From: Candidatus Peregrinibacteria bacterium | GTDB lineage: Bacteria > Patescibacteriota > Gracilibacteria > UBA1369 > LOWO2-01-FULL-3 | NCBI GenBank assembly: GCA_014729275.1 | Contig: WJKE01000066.1 | Coordinates: 1-42,239 of the forward strand | Reading direction: 5' to 3' | DNA length: 42,239 nt | Shown here: piece by piece, positions 1-8,865 of the stretch | Numbering within the stretch: the first letter of the stretch is position 1 | How the letters are laid out: each line of letters begins with the position of its first letter | Notes under the pieces: model-generated | What the model saw: the letters and a program-made list of their open reading frames with translations, nothing else | Database searches by the model: none | What the model was told of the DNA's origin: nothing | Position numbers and translations under genes: made by a program

Positions 1-174
1 CTCTTACTTTCAATCTGACTTCATTCATATCTTTTCTCCAATTCTCACTAAAACCTCTAATTATTCGCTCCTCAAAAACTCCCCCGGAGCAGCTATCGCT
101 GCTCTCCAGGCGGGGCCTGGAAAAACTGGGGTCTTTTTAGGTAATTGTCACGATAATCAAAATAGCAAAAAAAA

Positions 175-203
175 TTGACAAATCCCCAAGAAAATCGTAG
201 CAT
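175..203 (+). promoter_or_regulatory. sigma70-like promoter
   Basis: TTGACA (175-180), 17 bp, TAGCAT (198-203), upstream of ATG 241. Confidence 0.55.
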
Positions 204-240
204 CCAAAACTCAACTTTTATCTAACTAAACTGTATTATC

Positions 241-441
241 ATGACTGACAAAAATAATTCTTTCTTCAAATATCACTTTGGAAAAAACTAAGCATCAAAA
301 AGATTAGTTCGAGATTTAGTATTAACTGACATTGATGAAGCGTTTAAGAGCGAACCCGAGTTATCTAGAGTGGTGTGTATTGATATTTTAGAAACTGAGT
401 CCCAAGAGCTAATTGCAGAAGCCATAAGTGAACTTAATTAA
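241..441 (+). pseudogene. small hypothetical ORF with one internal in-frame TAA
   Basis: MTDKNNSFFKYHFGKN*ASKRLVRDLVLTDIDEAFKSEPELSRVVCIDILETESQELIAEAISELN*; stop at 289-291; good promoter upstream. Confidence 0.4.
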
Positions 442-456
442 AACGGCAAATATTAG

Positions 457-1578
457 CTATTTACCCTTTTTAATAGTATGAAAAACAATCACTAGCACCA
501 CCAAAGCGCTGAGGCCCATTGCGGTCCAGGGCAGCCATGGCAGACGCTCAGTTGTTCTACTTTCCTCTGCATCACACACATCTCCAATTCCATCACCATC
601 AGTATCTTTTTGTGAAGCATTCGGGTGATCGGGACAATTATCTTTCAAGTTTATAACACTGTCTCCATCATGGTCTTCACAGGCATCACCTCGGCCATTG
701 TCATCTTTATCAGCTTGATCTGGATTAGGCGTGTTCACACAATTATCCAGTTGATTTTTTATCCCATCATTATCCGTATCCGGCGGTATAAAAAGTGGGT
801 TTTCTTTTTTGGAAAGAATTTCTGCATCTAAAATTTCTTCCGGATTACTCAACAGGTCTCCCGATTCGCCTGTACTTACATAAGAATAAGCAGCTTTATC
901 AGTATAAAGCTTATAGCTCTCACCCGGCCTTGCAAGCCACACAATTTCAACCAGACCGGGGGCCTCACTAATCCTTTCCATTAATGAAATTTCACAAATC
1001 CTCAAAGGTTGTGAATGCCAAAACTCTATGCGCCACTTCTTTGAAGTGGTTTCAGGAAAATCAAGATAAGAAGTATTTAAATAATCCTTTGCAAAAACAG
1101 TAACCATTTCTCCATCAACTTCTGCCTTCAATTCAATCATATGTGGCAGCGCAATATTCTTCTCAAGATAAAAATCAATATGTGAAGAAGTTATAGGCTT
1201 ATCAGATTCAAGCACTACATAAGCGGTTCCGCCATCTTTATCCAGATCAAATTCCGCATTGGTTTCGCAATTATTATCAGTTAAAGCATTAAGACTTCCC
1301 TTTAACACTGAGCTTTGACTAGCCTTGGCACCTACGAATTCATAAGATCTAATTTCAGCAATTGGCTGAGGAGTTTGCGATTCGGTTTCTATCACAGCTA
1401 CACCAAATTCCTGCAATTTATCTAAAGAAACTTTAACTCTTGTTGGAAGAACAATATCCGGCACCTCAATCTCACTAACTGACTCAAACACGGATAAATC
1501 CGGAGCAGAATCAGCTTGAGCAAAAGCAGGCATCGATACAAACAATAGTAAAATCAACGTGATAAGAAAATTTTTCAT
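457..1578 (-). CDS. secreted, membrane-anchored thrombospondin type-3 repeat protein
   Basis: Signal peptide MKNFLITLILLLFVSMPAFA (start re-called at 1578); TSP3 Ca-binding repeats DTDNDGI..DNC...NPDQ.D.D..G.GD.C; C-terminal TM helix plus basic tail. Confidence 0.8.
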   Translation of the reverse strand: MKNFLITLILLLFVSMPAFAQADSAPDLSVFESVSEIEVPDIVLPTRVKVSLDKLQEFGVAVIETESQTPQPIAEIRSYEFVGAKASQSSVLKGSLNALTDNNCETNAEFDLDKDGGTAYVVLESDKPITSSHIDFYLEKNIALPHMIELKAEVDGEMVTVFAKDYLNTSYLDFPETTSKKWRIEFWHSQPLRICEISLMERISEAPGLVEIVWLARPGESYKLYTDKAAYSYVSTGESGDLLSNPEEILDAEILSKKENPLFIPPDTDNDGIKNQLDNCVNTPNPDQADKDDNGRGDACEDHDGDSVINLKDNCPDHPNASQKDTDGDGIGDVCDAEESRTTERLPWLPWTAMGLSALVVLVIVFHTIKKGK

Positions 1579-1580
1579 AA

Positions 1581-3302
1581 TTATTTTTTTAAATATTTTT
1601 TTTCCATAAATGCGGTAAGCATAAAAAGAATACCGATAACAACAAATGTAATAGTCCTTCCGCCCAAAGTCATATCCCATATTTCCACAAAAAGCAATCT
1701 AAGCACAGTCAGACCAATAATCACCATACCCGCAAGCCTGTAGGTAAATTTTTCCTTCTGAATACCCAAAAAGTAAAAGGCAATTGCAACTATTGTATAA
1801 ACTACAAGCGCAGCACCATGAGCATAAGTTTCTTCCACCCACCCAGCTTCCATCACCTTCCAAATCAGGGCAAACAATAGAGCCAGGCCCAATGAAGAAA
1901 GTATGATTTGAGTATAATACGCTAAATCATGCTCTTTAGCCGGCTTAATATTTGCAAGGTGCTTAATTAATAAAGCGGTAATTCCTGCAGATACAGATGC
2001 TATTAGCAATACAAAAAAATGTGAATTGATAATTACACCCTGATTCCAAACATATGAATTAAAGTCTTCAAGAGCCATTACAGCTGGCACAAAATGTAAA
2101 TATGAAATCAGAGAAGTTGCCTTTTTATCTTTCATAACAAATGTTGAAAGCAGACAGACAGCCAAAATCTCAAGAGAGAAAATAATAGTCAAAGTATCAG
2201 CCTGAAATTCAAACACAGTTGCCGCCCCCAATAAAACAATTGCCGCAGAGGATTGTAAATAAATAATTTTTTTAGGCGCGCCAATTTTATAAGCAATAAA
2301 ACTCACCACAACGCTAAACAAGGTTACTCCAGCCATTACAACACTCTGCATATGTTCAGGAATATAAGCGCCAACCAATGCAATTGAAAATAAAGTTATT
2401 AAAACAGTAATAATAAAGTCCGCATATTTAACTTTTTGCGATACAAGCATGGTCACAGAGCTTCCCACAAGAAATAAAACATAAAAAGCAGCCATAAATC
2501 CCCAGGCAGTTTGATCATCCAGCCGATCAAAAATCCCCGGTTCAATCACATAAACTGCGGTTATTATCAGGCTTAATAAAGGAAGTGTTCGCCACCCACG
2601 CAAAGACACAGTAATAAAAGATCCAATATTAACCAGCAATAAGTATATTGTAAGCAGTAAATAGTTGTCGGTTGAATCCGCAAGAACCGGAACAAAAGCA
2701 GCTGTAAGCAGTGATAAAACCGCCAGCGATTTTGATTTATTCACTATTGAAATAATAGAAATCGTCAAAATAACCAGAGCCATCAATCCCAAAGCCGTAA
2801 ACGGATCAAATAATTCGTATAAATTTCTCGCTGCCCAGGTAGTCAAAAGCAAAATACCGGCACCCAAAACAACCATAATTTGTGCAGGAATAGGTTTTTT
2901 ATTCATAATCAGATATCCGGCCCCAACAACAATTGTTCCTGTAAGCAAGCCTAAAGCCACTCTGCCAACTTCGCCAATCCAATTATTAAGAAAAGCGTAA
3001 CGCACAAACCAGGAAATCGCCAATAATATCAAAAGAGCCCCCAGTTTCATAATCCAGTCGGTTTTCAACCAATTCAAAAAGCTGATCAAATTTTCTTTAA
3101 ATGGGCTAATCTCTTCTTTCTTGGTATGAACTTCGGATTCTTTAATATCTTCTTTAATTTTAGACTTCAGCTCTTTCTCGGCTTTCTGGTTAACAATACT
3201 AAGTTCAAGCTCATTAATACGCGACTTAAGCCTTGACGTTCTAAAAAACAAAATAACAATTGGAATCGCCAGTACAATAGAGATAATTAATTTTCCTTCC
3301 AT
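1581..3302 (-). CDS. DUF2339-family polytopic membrane protein
   Basis: W..KLGALLILLAISWFVRYAF.N.WIG..GRV motif; C-terminal LRLLFVEIW......R.ITF...G; many TM helices. Confidence 0.8.
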   Translation of the reverse strand: MEGKLIISIVLAIPIVILFFRTSRLKSRINELELSIVNQKAEKELKSKIKEDIKESEVHTKKEEISPFKENLISFLNWLKTDWIMKLGALLILLAISWFVRYAFLNNWIGEVGRVALGLLTGTIVVGAGYLIMNKKPIPAQIMVVLGAGILLLTTWAARNLYELFDPFTALGLMALVILTISIISIVNKSKSLAVLSLLTAAFVPVLADSTDNYLLLTIYLLLVNIGSFITVSLRGWRTLPLLSLIITAVYVIEPGIFDRLDDQTAWGFMAAFYVLFLVGSSVTMLVSQKVKYADFIITVLITLFSIALVGAYIPEHMQSVVMAGVTLFSVVVSFIAYKIGAPKKIIYLQSSAAIVLLGAATVFEFQADTLTIIFSLEILAVCLLSTFVMKDKKATSLISYLHFVPAVMALEDFNSYVWNQGVIINSHFFVLLIASVSAGITALLIKHLANIKPAKEHDLAYYTQIILSSLGLALLFALIWKVMEAGWVEETYAHGAALVVYTIVAIAFYFLGIQKEKFTYRLAGMVIIGLTVLRLLFVEIWDMTLGGRTITFVVIGILFMLTAFMEKKYLKK

Positions 3303-3560
3303 AAAAATAAGATAATTATATTTAGTAAAAGCAGTATATAATAAAAAGCTAATCCTTCAAAATCTAAAGAAGCGCGCTTATCACAGATTAAAAAAATAAT
3401 TTTATAAAGCTAACGGAATATCTTTATAAAAATTCTGGAACAATAGTATTTTTTGACTAATAATCTAAAGATATGATAAACCGTAAACAGTAAATCTCCT
3501 AACCTCAAATATATGAATTTAAAAAACGGAATATTAAAAATTTTAGTGCCTAAACAGTAA

Positions 3561-4541
3561 ATGTTTGAATTACTACTACTATTAGGGATTGCGGGATTAA
3601 TAGCAGGGGCAAATCTGATAATTAAGGGTGCATTAAATATTGCTTGGCACCTGAAATTATCACATATATTTATCGGATTAACAATTTTGGCACTGGGAAC
3701 GGATCTGCCGGAGCTTGTAATTGACATTAACGCTGCTGTTGAAAAACTTGGAGGAACGGATACGTCGGGCTTTATAGTGGGAGAAACCACGGGGACATGT
3801 ATGGCACAAATAGCTTTAACCTTGGGGATTGTAGGATTATTCGGCACTAGCTTCTTTTTAACAAAAAAGGAGATTTTAAGAGAAGGTCTGATTGTGATTT
3901 TATCAGTGTTAATATTTTTTCTATTAAGTCTTGATGGGGAACTATCCAGATGGGATGGATTTTTAATGATATTGATTTATATTACTTATTTTTTATTTTT
4001 GTATAAAGGTGAAAAAAGTAAGGAAAGAGATGTTAAAAAAAGGCCCTCATTAGAATTGGCATGGTCAATACTTTCTCTAATTTTAGGTTTTGCAATATTG
4101 ATTTATTCTTCGGAAGTGGTAGTGGATAATGCACTTAACATCGCTAAAAAATGGGGTGTGGCACAATCTTTTGTAGGTGCTATAATTGTAGGATTGGGAA
4201 CAAGCATGCCGGAAATAATAATTTCATTCGGTGGAGTGATAAAAAAAGTGCCAAGATTATCGATAGGCAACATACTTGGCAGTAATATATTTGATATTTT
4301 ATTTACACTTGGCATTGGAAGTTCAATAAGTGGATTTTTTGTTGAGAAAAAAATTCTTTTATTTGATATTCCATATTTATTTTTTACCTCAGTTTTTGCG
4401 ATTATATTATTTATTACGGGAAAAAAATTAAGCAAGTCGGAAGCGGGGATTATCCTTTGCATTTATATTATTTATTTAGTAATAAAAATATTAAATTTTG
4501 AAGGAATTGTAATAGACAATTTCAGTAAGCTTTTTACATAA
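3561..4541 (+). CDS. Ca2+/Na+ antiporter (YrbG/CaCA family)
   Basis: Two alpha repeats, LGTDLPE and LGTSMPE, plus GNILGSNIFDIL. Confidence 0.9.
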   Translation: MFELLLLLGIAGLIAGANLIIKGALNIAWHLKLSHIFIGLTILALGTDLPELVIDINAAVEKLGGTDTSGFIVGETTGTCMAQIALTLGIVGLFGTSFFLTKKEILREGLIVILSVLIFFLLSLDGELSRWDGFLMILIYITYFLFLYKGEKSKERDVKKRPSLELAWSILSLILGFAILIYSSEVVVDNALNIAKKWGVAQSFVGAIIVGLGTSMPEIIISFGGVIKKVPRLSIGNILGSNIFDILFTLGIGSSISGFFVEKKILLFDIPYLFFTSVFAIILFITGKKLSKSEAGIILCIYIIYLVIKILNFEGIVIDNFSKLFT

Positions 4542-4585
4542 TCAATTTTTGATTTTACGAAAAATATTTTAGTTTCACTATATTA

Positions 4586-4751
4586 CTAAAAAGACCCCCG
4601 ATTTTTTCTCCATAGAATTTTTGGTTTACAGTAAACAAATATAGTTTTGCACATTAAAGCATAGCCTAGTATTAGCGTAAAATCGTGTACGGTAAAAAGC
4701 CAAAAATCGAAGATTATTTATAATTTTTTGGCAAAAACGGGGCTTTTTTAG
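4586..4751. mobile_element. ~165-bp MITE-like intergenic repeat, copy A
   Basis: Ends CTAAAAAGACCCCCG / CGGGGCTTTTTTAG (imperfect TIR); collinear with 15408-15570 and 31492-31676. Confidence 0.7.
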
Positions 4752-4763
4752 AGGATATTAATA

Positions 4764-4792
4764 TTTACAAATTAAATAAGTATTAATATAAT
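4764..4792 (+). promoter_or_regulatory. sigma70-like promoter
   Basis: TTTACA, 17 bp, TATAAT, upstream of ORF 4832. Confidence 0.55.
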
Positions 4793-4831
4793 CAAAACTA
4801 TTTAAAATTTTTATTTATTAATTTAAGCAAA

Positions 4832-5113
4832 ATGAAATTAGAAAACTCTAAAGTATCTGTAACATCAGAGGGGGCTGAAGAAAAAATCGGACAATCTGAA
4901 GATTTTGCTGCAGCTATGAAGTTATTCCAAAATGAATGCATATCTGGAACAAACAATGGAATATCCGCAGAATTACGTAGAAAGTTTACAGAGTTGTTTG
5001 ATAAAATCGATGAGGTTGGAAATGGTGTTACGGAAGAAGCCAAACAAGTATTGCAAGAAGAGATTGATGAATTATTGAAAAGAGTTAAGGATATGTGTAG
5101 CTTTTATAAGTAA
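4832..5113 (+). CDS. hypothetical acidic helical protein
   Basis: 93-aa ORF with ATG and its own promoter; no recognised motif. Confidence 0.6.
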   Translation: MKLENSKVSVTSEGAEEKIGQSEDFAAAMKLFQNECISGTNNGISAELRRKFTELFDKIDEVGNGVTEEAKQVLQEEIDELLKRVKDMCSFYK

Positions 5114-5164
5114 TAATAGGAATAAAATCAGGCTGGAAGTAAAGATTTTTTTATAAAAATATAA

Positions 5165-5671
5165 TCAAGCGGATGGAATTATAGTTTCACTTTTTTCATC
5201 GGTAATTTGTTTTAAGCGCGCCTTTTCTATTAAATTTGCATGTCTATACGGATTTGGAAGATTATCCATTTCAAATAAATTTTTTATTAAAGGAGAGTCT
5301 AATTTCAAGCTCCCATAATTAAAAGTTTTTCCAAATAATCCCTGATATACTTGTACGGAACGGATAGCGGGAATATCTACACTGGTTGTTTTTCTAAAAA
5401 TTATACCCGAACTTTTAGATATTCCATGCGGTGATACTATATAATATTGAAAATACCAGACGAGTAAAAAATAAATAAAAATGAGAATATTCACACTTAA
5501 TAATATTATTCTTAGGATGAAAAGATTTTCAGGTGATAATGTTAGGGCGCTAAGACCTAAAGCTATTAGTGCAACCAGTAATTCAAGAAATACAAATTTT
5601 CCTATTAGAGTGATTATGGCTGCTCTTACTTTGTAATTTTTTTCGAAGCTGTAACTTGTAACTTTTTTCAT
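5165..5671 (-). CDS. membrane protein with bacterial PH (bPH_2) domain
   Basis: Two TM helices, then Y.V....I....GII.R.....I.SV.V.QGLFGK.FNYGSL.L. Confidence 0.75.
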   Translation of the reverse strand: MKKVTSYSFEKNYKVRAAIITLIGKFVFLELLVALIALGLSALTLSPENLFILRIILLSVNILIFIYFLLVWYFQYYIVSPHGISKSSGIIFRKTTSVDIPAIRSVQVYQGLFGKTFNYGSLKLDSPLIKNLFEMDNLPNPYRHANLIEKARLKQITDEKSETIIPSA

Positions 5672-5962
5672 AAAAAAATCTTATTCACCCCTAATATATC
5701 AAAAATTATGGAAAATAAACAGTTAGCTACTAAAGGATTACTCTTCCAGAGCAAAAACACCCGCATCCAAACAGCTACATCATTCAACGACTATTGTAAC
5801 AAATTCCGCTACCTTAACGGAAAAACAGCTCTCACATATACTTAGAAAAAAACAGGCGGTTTTGCCGCGTCTCTTCTAGAGCAAATCCGCCCGATTTTGG
5901 GACGGTTACACTTTCATTACAGCAAAACACTACCTAAACTCCTTTATTTTAGACAGTATCCC

Positions 5963-6038
5963 TGGAGCCACCTGTCGGATTCGAACCGACGACCCACGGT
6001 TTACAAAACCGTTGCTCTACCAACTGAGCTAAGGTGGC
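5963..6038 (-). tRNA. tRNA-Thr(TGT)
   Basis: GCCACCTTAGCTCAGTTGGTAGAGC...ACGGT-TTTGTAA-ACCGT...GGTTCGAATCC...GGTGGCTCCA. Confidence 0.97.
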
Positions 6039-6067
6039 TAATTTTTGAAGATCTACACGCAAGCCCG

Positions 6068-6096
6068 ATTCTATTTTAAAGTATTTTCCTTGTCAA
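6068..6096 (-). promoter_or_regulatory. promoter of tRNA-Thr
   Basis: Minus strand TTGACA, 17 bp, TAGAAT. Confidence 0.65.
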
Positions 6097-6164
6097 TAAA
6101 TTATACTTTCTTAATTGAATAAGTGGCGGGAATTAGGTAAAATTTCTGCATAGTAAAGATCAAT

Positions 6165-7085
6165 ATGAAGGATGTTCAGTCAAAATTTTTGGAAAAATTT
6201 CCGCGCGGAAAAATCGATGAATCCCTAAAACGCTTCACAACTTTTCGAATAGGGGGACCTTCAGACCTTTTTTACGAACTCGAAGATCCTCAGCATTTGC
6301 CAAAATTATTCAAATTCGTATCAGAAAACAACCTTCCTTATATAGTTTTGGGAGGCGGCAGCAACCTTTTATTCCATGACAAAGGCTTTCGCGGGCTTGT
6401 TATTAAGATGAATTTAAAGGGATTAAGCCACGAAAACACCCGAGTAACCGCACAAAGCGGAGTTTTGATCTCTCAATTAATTAAATATTCCCTCGAAAAT
6501 GGCTTAGATGGGCTTGAAAAGTGGTTTGGACTACCCGGAACAGTGGGTGGTGCGGTTAGAGGAAACGCAGGCTATAATGGGCTTGAAACAAAGGATATTT
6601 TGGTGAAAGCCCGAATTTTTGACCCAAAAACCAATGATTTTAGAGAGGTTGAAAATAATTATTTCAAATTTTCATATAGGGATTCCAAATTAAAGCATTC
6701 ACCCGAAATAATAATATCTGCCACTTTTAAGATCGGCAAAGGCACATTAAGCAAAGAAGAACAACTAAAAATCATGTCAGATTCACATCAATTCCGACTT
6801 AAAAAACAAGTTATAGGTTTTACAACCGGATCTTTCTTCAAAAATCCATCCCCGGATAATCCCGCGGGCATGCTCATAGATAAGGTCGGATTAAAGGGAA
6901 AAAGCATAGGTGAAGCACAAATATCCGAAAAACACGCAAATTTCTTCATTAACACAGGAAAGGCTGCTGCAAGCGACATTTTGGCTTTGGCTAAGCTTGC
7001 AAAACAAAAAGTAAAGGAAAAATTCAATATAGAGCTACAAGAGGAGGTTCAAATATTCTCTGAACAGGGGCCCTCAAAACTCTAA
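6165..7085 (+). CDS. murB: UDP-N-acetylenolpyruvoylglucosamine reductase
   Basis: TTFRIGG, GGGSNLL, GLPGTVGGAVRGNAG, FSYRDS, GSFFKNP, SEKHANFFIN. Confidence 0.97.
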   Translation: MKDVQSKFLEKFPRGKIDESLKRFTTFRIGGPSDLFYELEDPQHLPKLFKFVSENNLPYIVLGGGSNLLFHDKGFRGLVIKMNLKGLSHENTRVTAQSGVLISQLIKYSLENGLDGLEKWFGLPGTVGGAVRGNAGYNGLETKDILVKARIFDPKTNDFREVENNYFKFSYRDSKLKHSPEIIISATFKIGKGTLSKEEQLKIMSDSHQFRLKKQVIGFTTGSFFKNPSPDNPAGMLIDKVGLKGKSIGEAQISEKHANFFINTGKAAASDILALAKLAKQKVKEKFNIELQEEVQIFSEQGPSKL

Positions 7086-7102
7086 AAATCGCATTATCTT
7101 GC

Positions 7103-7131
7103 TTGCTATTTAAAGCCTAATCTGATATAAT
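7103..7131 (+). promoter_or_regulatory. promoter of pilin gene
   Basis: TTGCTA, 17 bp, TATAAT, with extended -10 TGn. Confidence 0.6.
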
Positions 7132-7164
7132 AATAAGCGAAAACAAACATATTACCTCATATCC

Positions 7165-7557
7165 ATGAAAAATATGAAAAGTTTAAAACAATCATTGTTT
7201 GCTATGGCATTAATGGTTGGTGCAATCTCTCTATTTGCATTCCTACCGACTGCAAGCGCTCAGCTAATCAGCCCTGGAGATCTTCCATCTGAAATCGGAG
7301 CAGCAACAGGCGGAGAAACAGACCTTAGAGCACTTGTTCTAAGAATTATTAACTACTTCCTAACATTCTTGGGAATCGTAGCGGTTATCTTCGTAATTTA
7401 CGGTGGTGTTACTTATGTAACTTCTGCCGGTAACGATGAAGCTGTAGGAAACGCAAAAAAGATCATTATGTACGCGTTGATCGGTATAATAGTGATTCTG
7501 CTTTCATTCGTATTGGTTAATGCGATCCTGGGAGCTGGACTTGGCGGAGGTGCATAG
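7165..7557 (+). CDS. CPR-type pilin (TrbC/VirB2-like)
   Basis: Signal peptide, then IIN..L..LG.VAV...IYGG..Y.TSAG..E....AKK.I.YALIG..I..LS...VN. Confidence 0.85.
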   Translation: MKNMKSLKQSLFAMALMVGAISLFAFLPTASAQLISPGDLPSEIGAATGGETDLRALVLRIINYFLTFLGIVAVIFVIYGGVTYVTSAGNDEAVGNAKKIIMYALIGIIVILLSFVLVNAILGAGLGGGA

Positions 7558-7595
7558 CATAAATTCCTAAAATCTAGTCTAAAATAACAAGAAGC

Positions 7596-7628
7596 AAGGG
7601 GTTGCAATTATATTTGCAGCCTCTTTTG
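7596..7628 (+). terminator. intrinsic terminator after pilin
   Basis: AAGGGGTTGCAA / TTGCAGCCTCTT stem followed by T-rich sequence. Confidence 0.6.
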
Positions 7629-7639
7629 TGTATGGATTT

Positions 7640-8155
7640 TTAGGATACAGCCAAAGATGTTTCCGATGCCTTTTCTTTAACGGTTTTAAGATTCTCCTTC
7701 ACAATAATTTTTTCTTTGGTGATTTCAATAATTTGATTTTTTGGGATGATACGCGACTGCGTACTAATTAGCCCCAAAAAGGTTTTTATACACAAAATGC
7801 TTAAAATTTCGAATGTTTTTGTGGAAAATTCAAAATCATAAACTTTTCCCAGGAATTCATCATTTTTTGTAAAAACTTTCTTATGCATTAGGCCAAGCCC
7901 TTGTTTTTGAATTTCAGCAACTCTTAAAATATCCTTGCCCTCAATAACCGCATCTTTATCATTTATGGTAATAAAGTTAGTCCAGGACCTGATATCAATG
8001 GGGGATAGCACAAAATTTCTGGCCTTATCTGTAACAAAAGCCACAATTTTCCCCCGCTCAGTATCAATAACTACATCTTTCACGGTTGTAAGAGGGCGAC
8101 GATGTTCCGGCAAAACAATTGGAGTTCCCACCGCATTTTTAAAGCTGATTTTCAT
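7640..8155 (-). CDS. PRC-barrel domain protein
   Basis: Two PRC repeats: VKDVVID...GKI and VFTKNDEFLGKVYDFEF. Confidence 0.75.
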   Translation of the reverse strand: MKISFKNAVGTPIVLPEHRRPLTTVKDVVIDTERGKIVAFVTDKARNFVLSPIDIRSWTNFITINDKDAVIEGKDILRVAEIQKQGLGLMHKKVFTKNDEFLGKVYDFEFSTKTFEILSILCIKTFLGLISTQSRIIPKNQIIEITKEKIIVKENLKTVKEKASETSLAVS

Positions 8156-8223
8156 AAAAAACTAAAATTAGCTTAACAAGATCTTATTAATTATATAGAA
8201 TCTTCACCGCAATACAAAATAAA

Positions 8224-8403
8224 GAAGCTTAAAAAACCAAGAATAAGAATTCAAAAAATCATCGGGGTGTAGCTCAGTTGGAGAGCCTTCAGCCTTGAAA
8301 AGAGAGTGCAAGTTGCACTCTAGCCAGGCAAGATAGCCTGGAATCGAAGCTTAAAAAACCAAGAATAAGAATTCAAAAAATCATCGGGGTGTAGCTCAGT
8401 TGG
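8224..8403 (+). repeat. 58-bp perfect direct repeat (8224-8281 and 8346-8403) including the first 19 nt of tRNA-Pro
   Basis: GAAGCTTAAAAAACCAAGAATAAGAATTCAAAAAATCATCGGGGTGTAGCTCAGTTGG occurs twice, with a 64-bp spacer. Confidence 0.95.
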
Positions 8404-8461
8404 CTAGAGTGCATGGTTTGGGACCATGAGGCCGGAGGTTCGAGTCCTCTCACCCCGACCA
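8385..8461 (+). tRNA. tRNA-Pro(TGG)
   Basis: CGGGGTG..., anticodon arm CATGG-TTTGGGA-CCATG, GGTTCGAGTCC, CACCCCGACCA. Confidence 0.97.
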
Positions 8462-8865
8462 TTCGAAATAAGCGATTGGAATTGGAGATTTTTATCCGTA
8501 AGAAAAGCGATAAAACAGGTTTTTTATACACACAAATAATTACTGCAAAACATTACTACTAAGAAACAAATTATTTCGCACGATTTTCTGTAAATTTTAA
8601 GTTTGAAAAAAGCGGCTTTTTGGGGCGGATTAAAACAATTTTATTGAATAAATTAAGATGTATTAATAATATTTTTATATAAAAATTATGATCACTAGAG
8701 AAAAAGCTATATATTAAAATATAAGTTTTCATAGTATTATATAATGTTAAATAAATCCAAAGTCCCCATAGGTGAAAAACTTAAAAACTTGCTGTAAAGA
8801 AAAATGATAATACCTTGAAAAAATATCAAAATTATCCGAGTTTTCTCTTAATACTTTTGTAAAAA

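Noticed and set aside
1-28. Possible start of a minus-strand gene (MNEVRLKVR...) with GGAG upstream
   Set aside because: Only 9 codons are visible; cannot be supported
5897-6079. 60-aa ORF
   Set aside because: Antisense shadow of tRNA-Thr
8224-8403. tRNA intron or split/permuted tRNA
   Set aside because: The downstream tRNA-Pro is complete and the upstream copy has no matching 3' half
8490-8630. Possible fourth, inverted degenerate copy of the 165-bp element
   Set aside because: Only an end-like AAAAAAGCGGCTTTTTGG and short AT-rich matches; the core motif is absent
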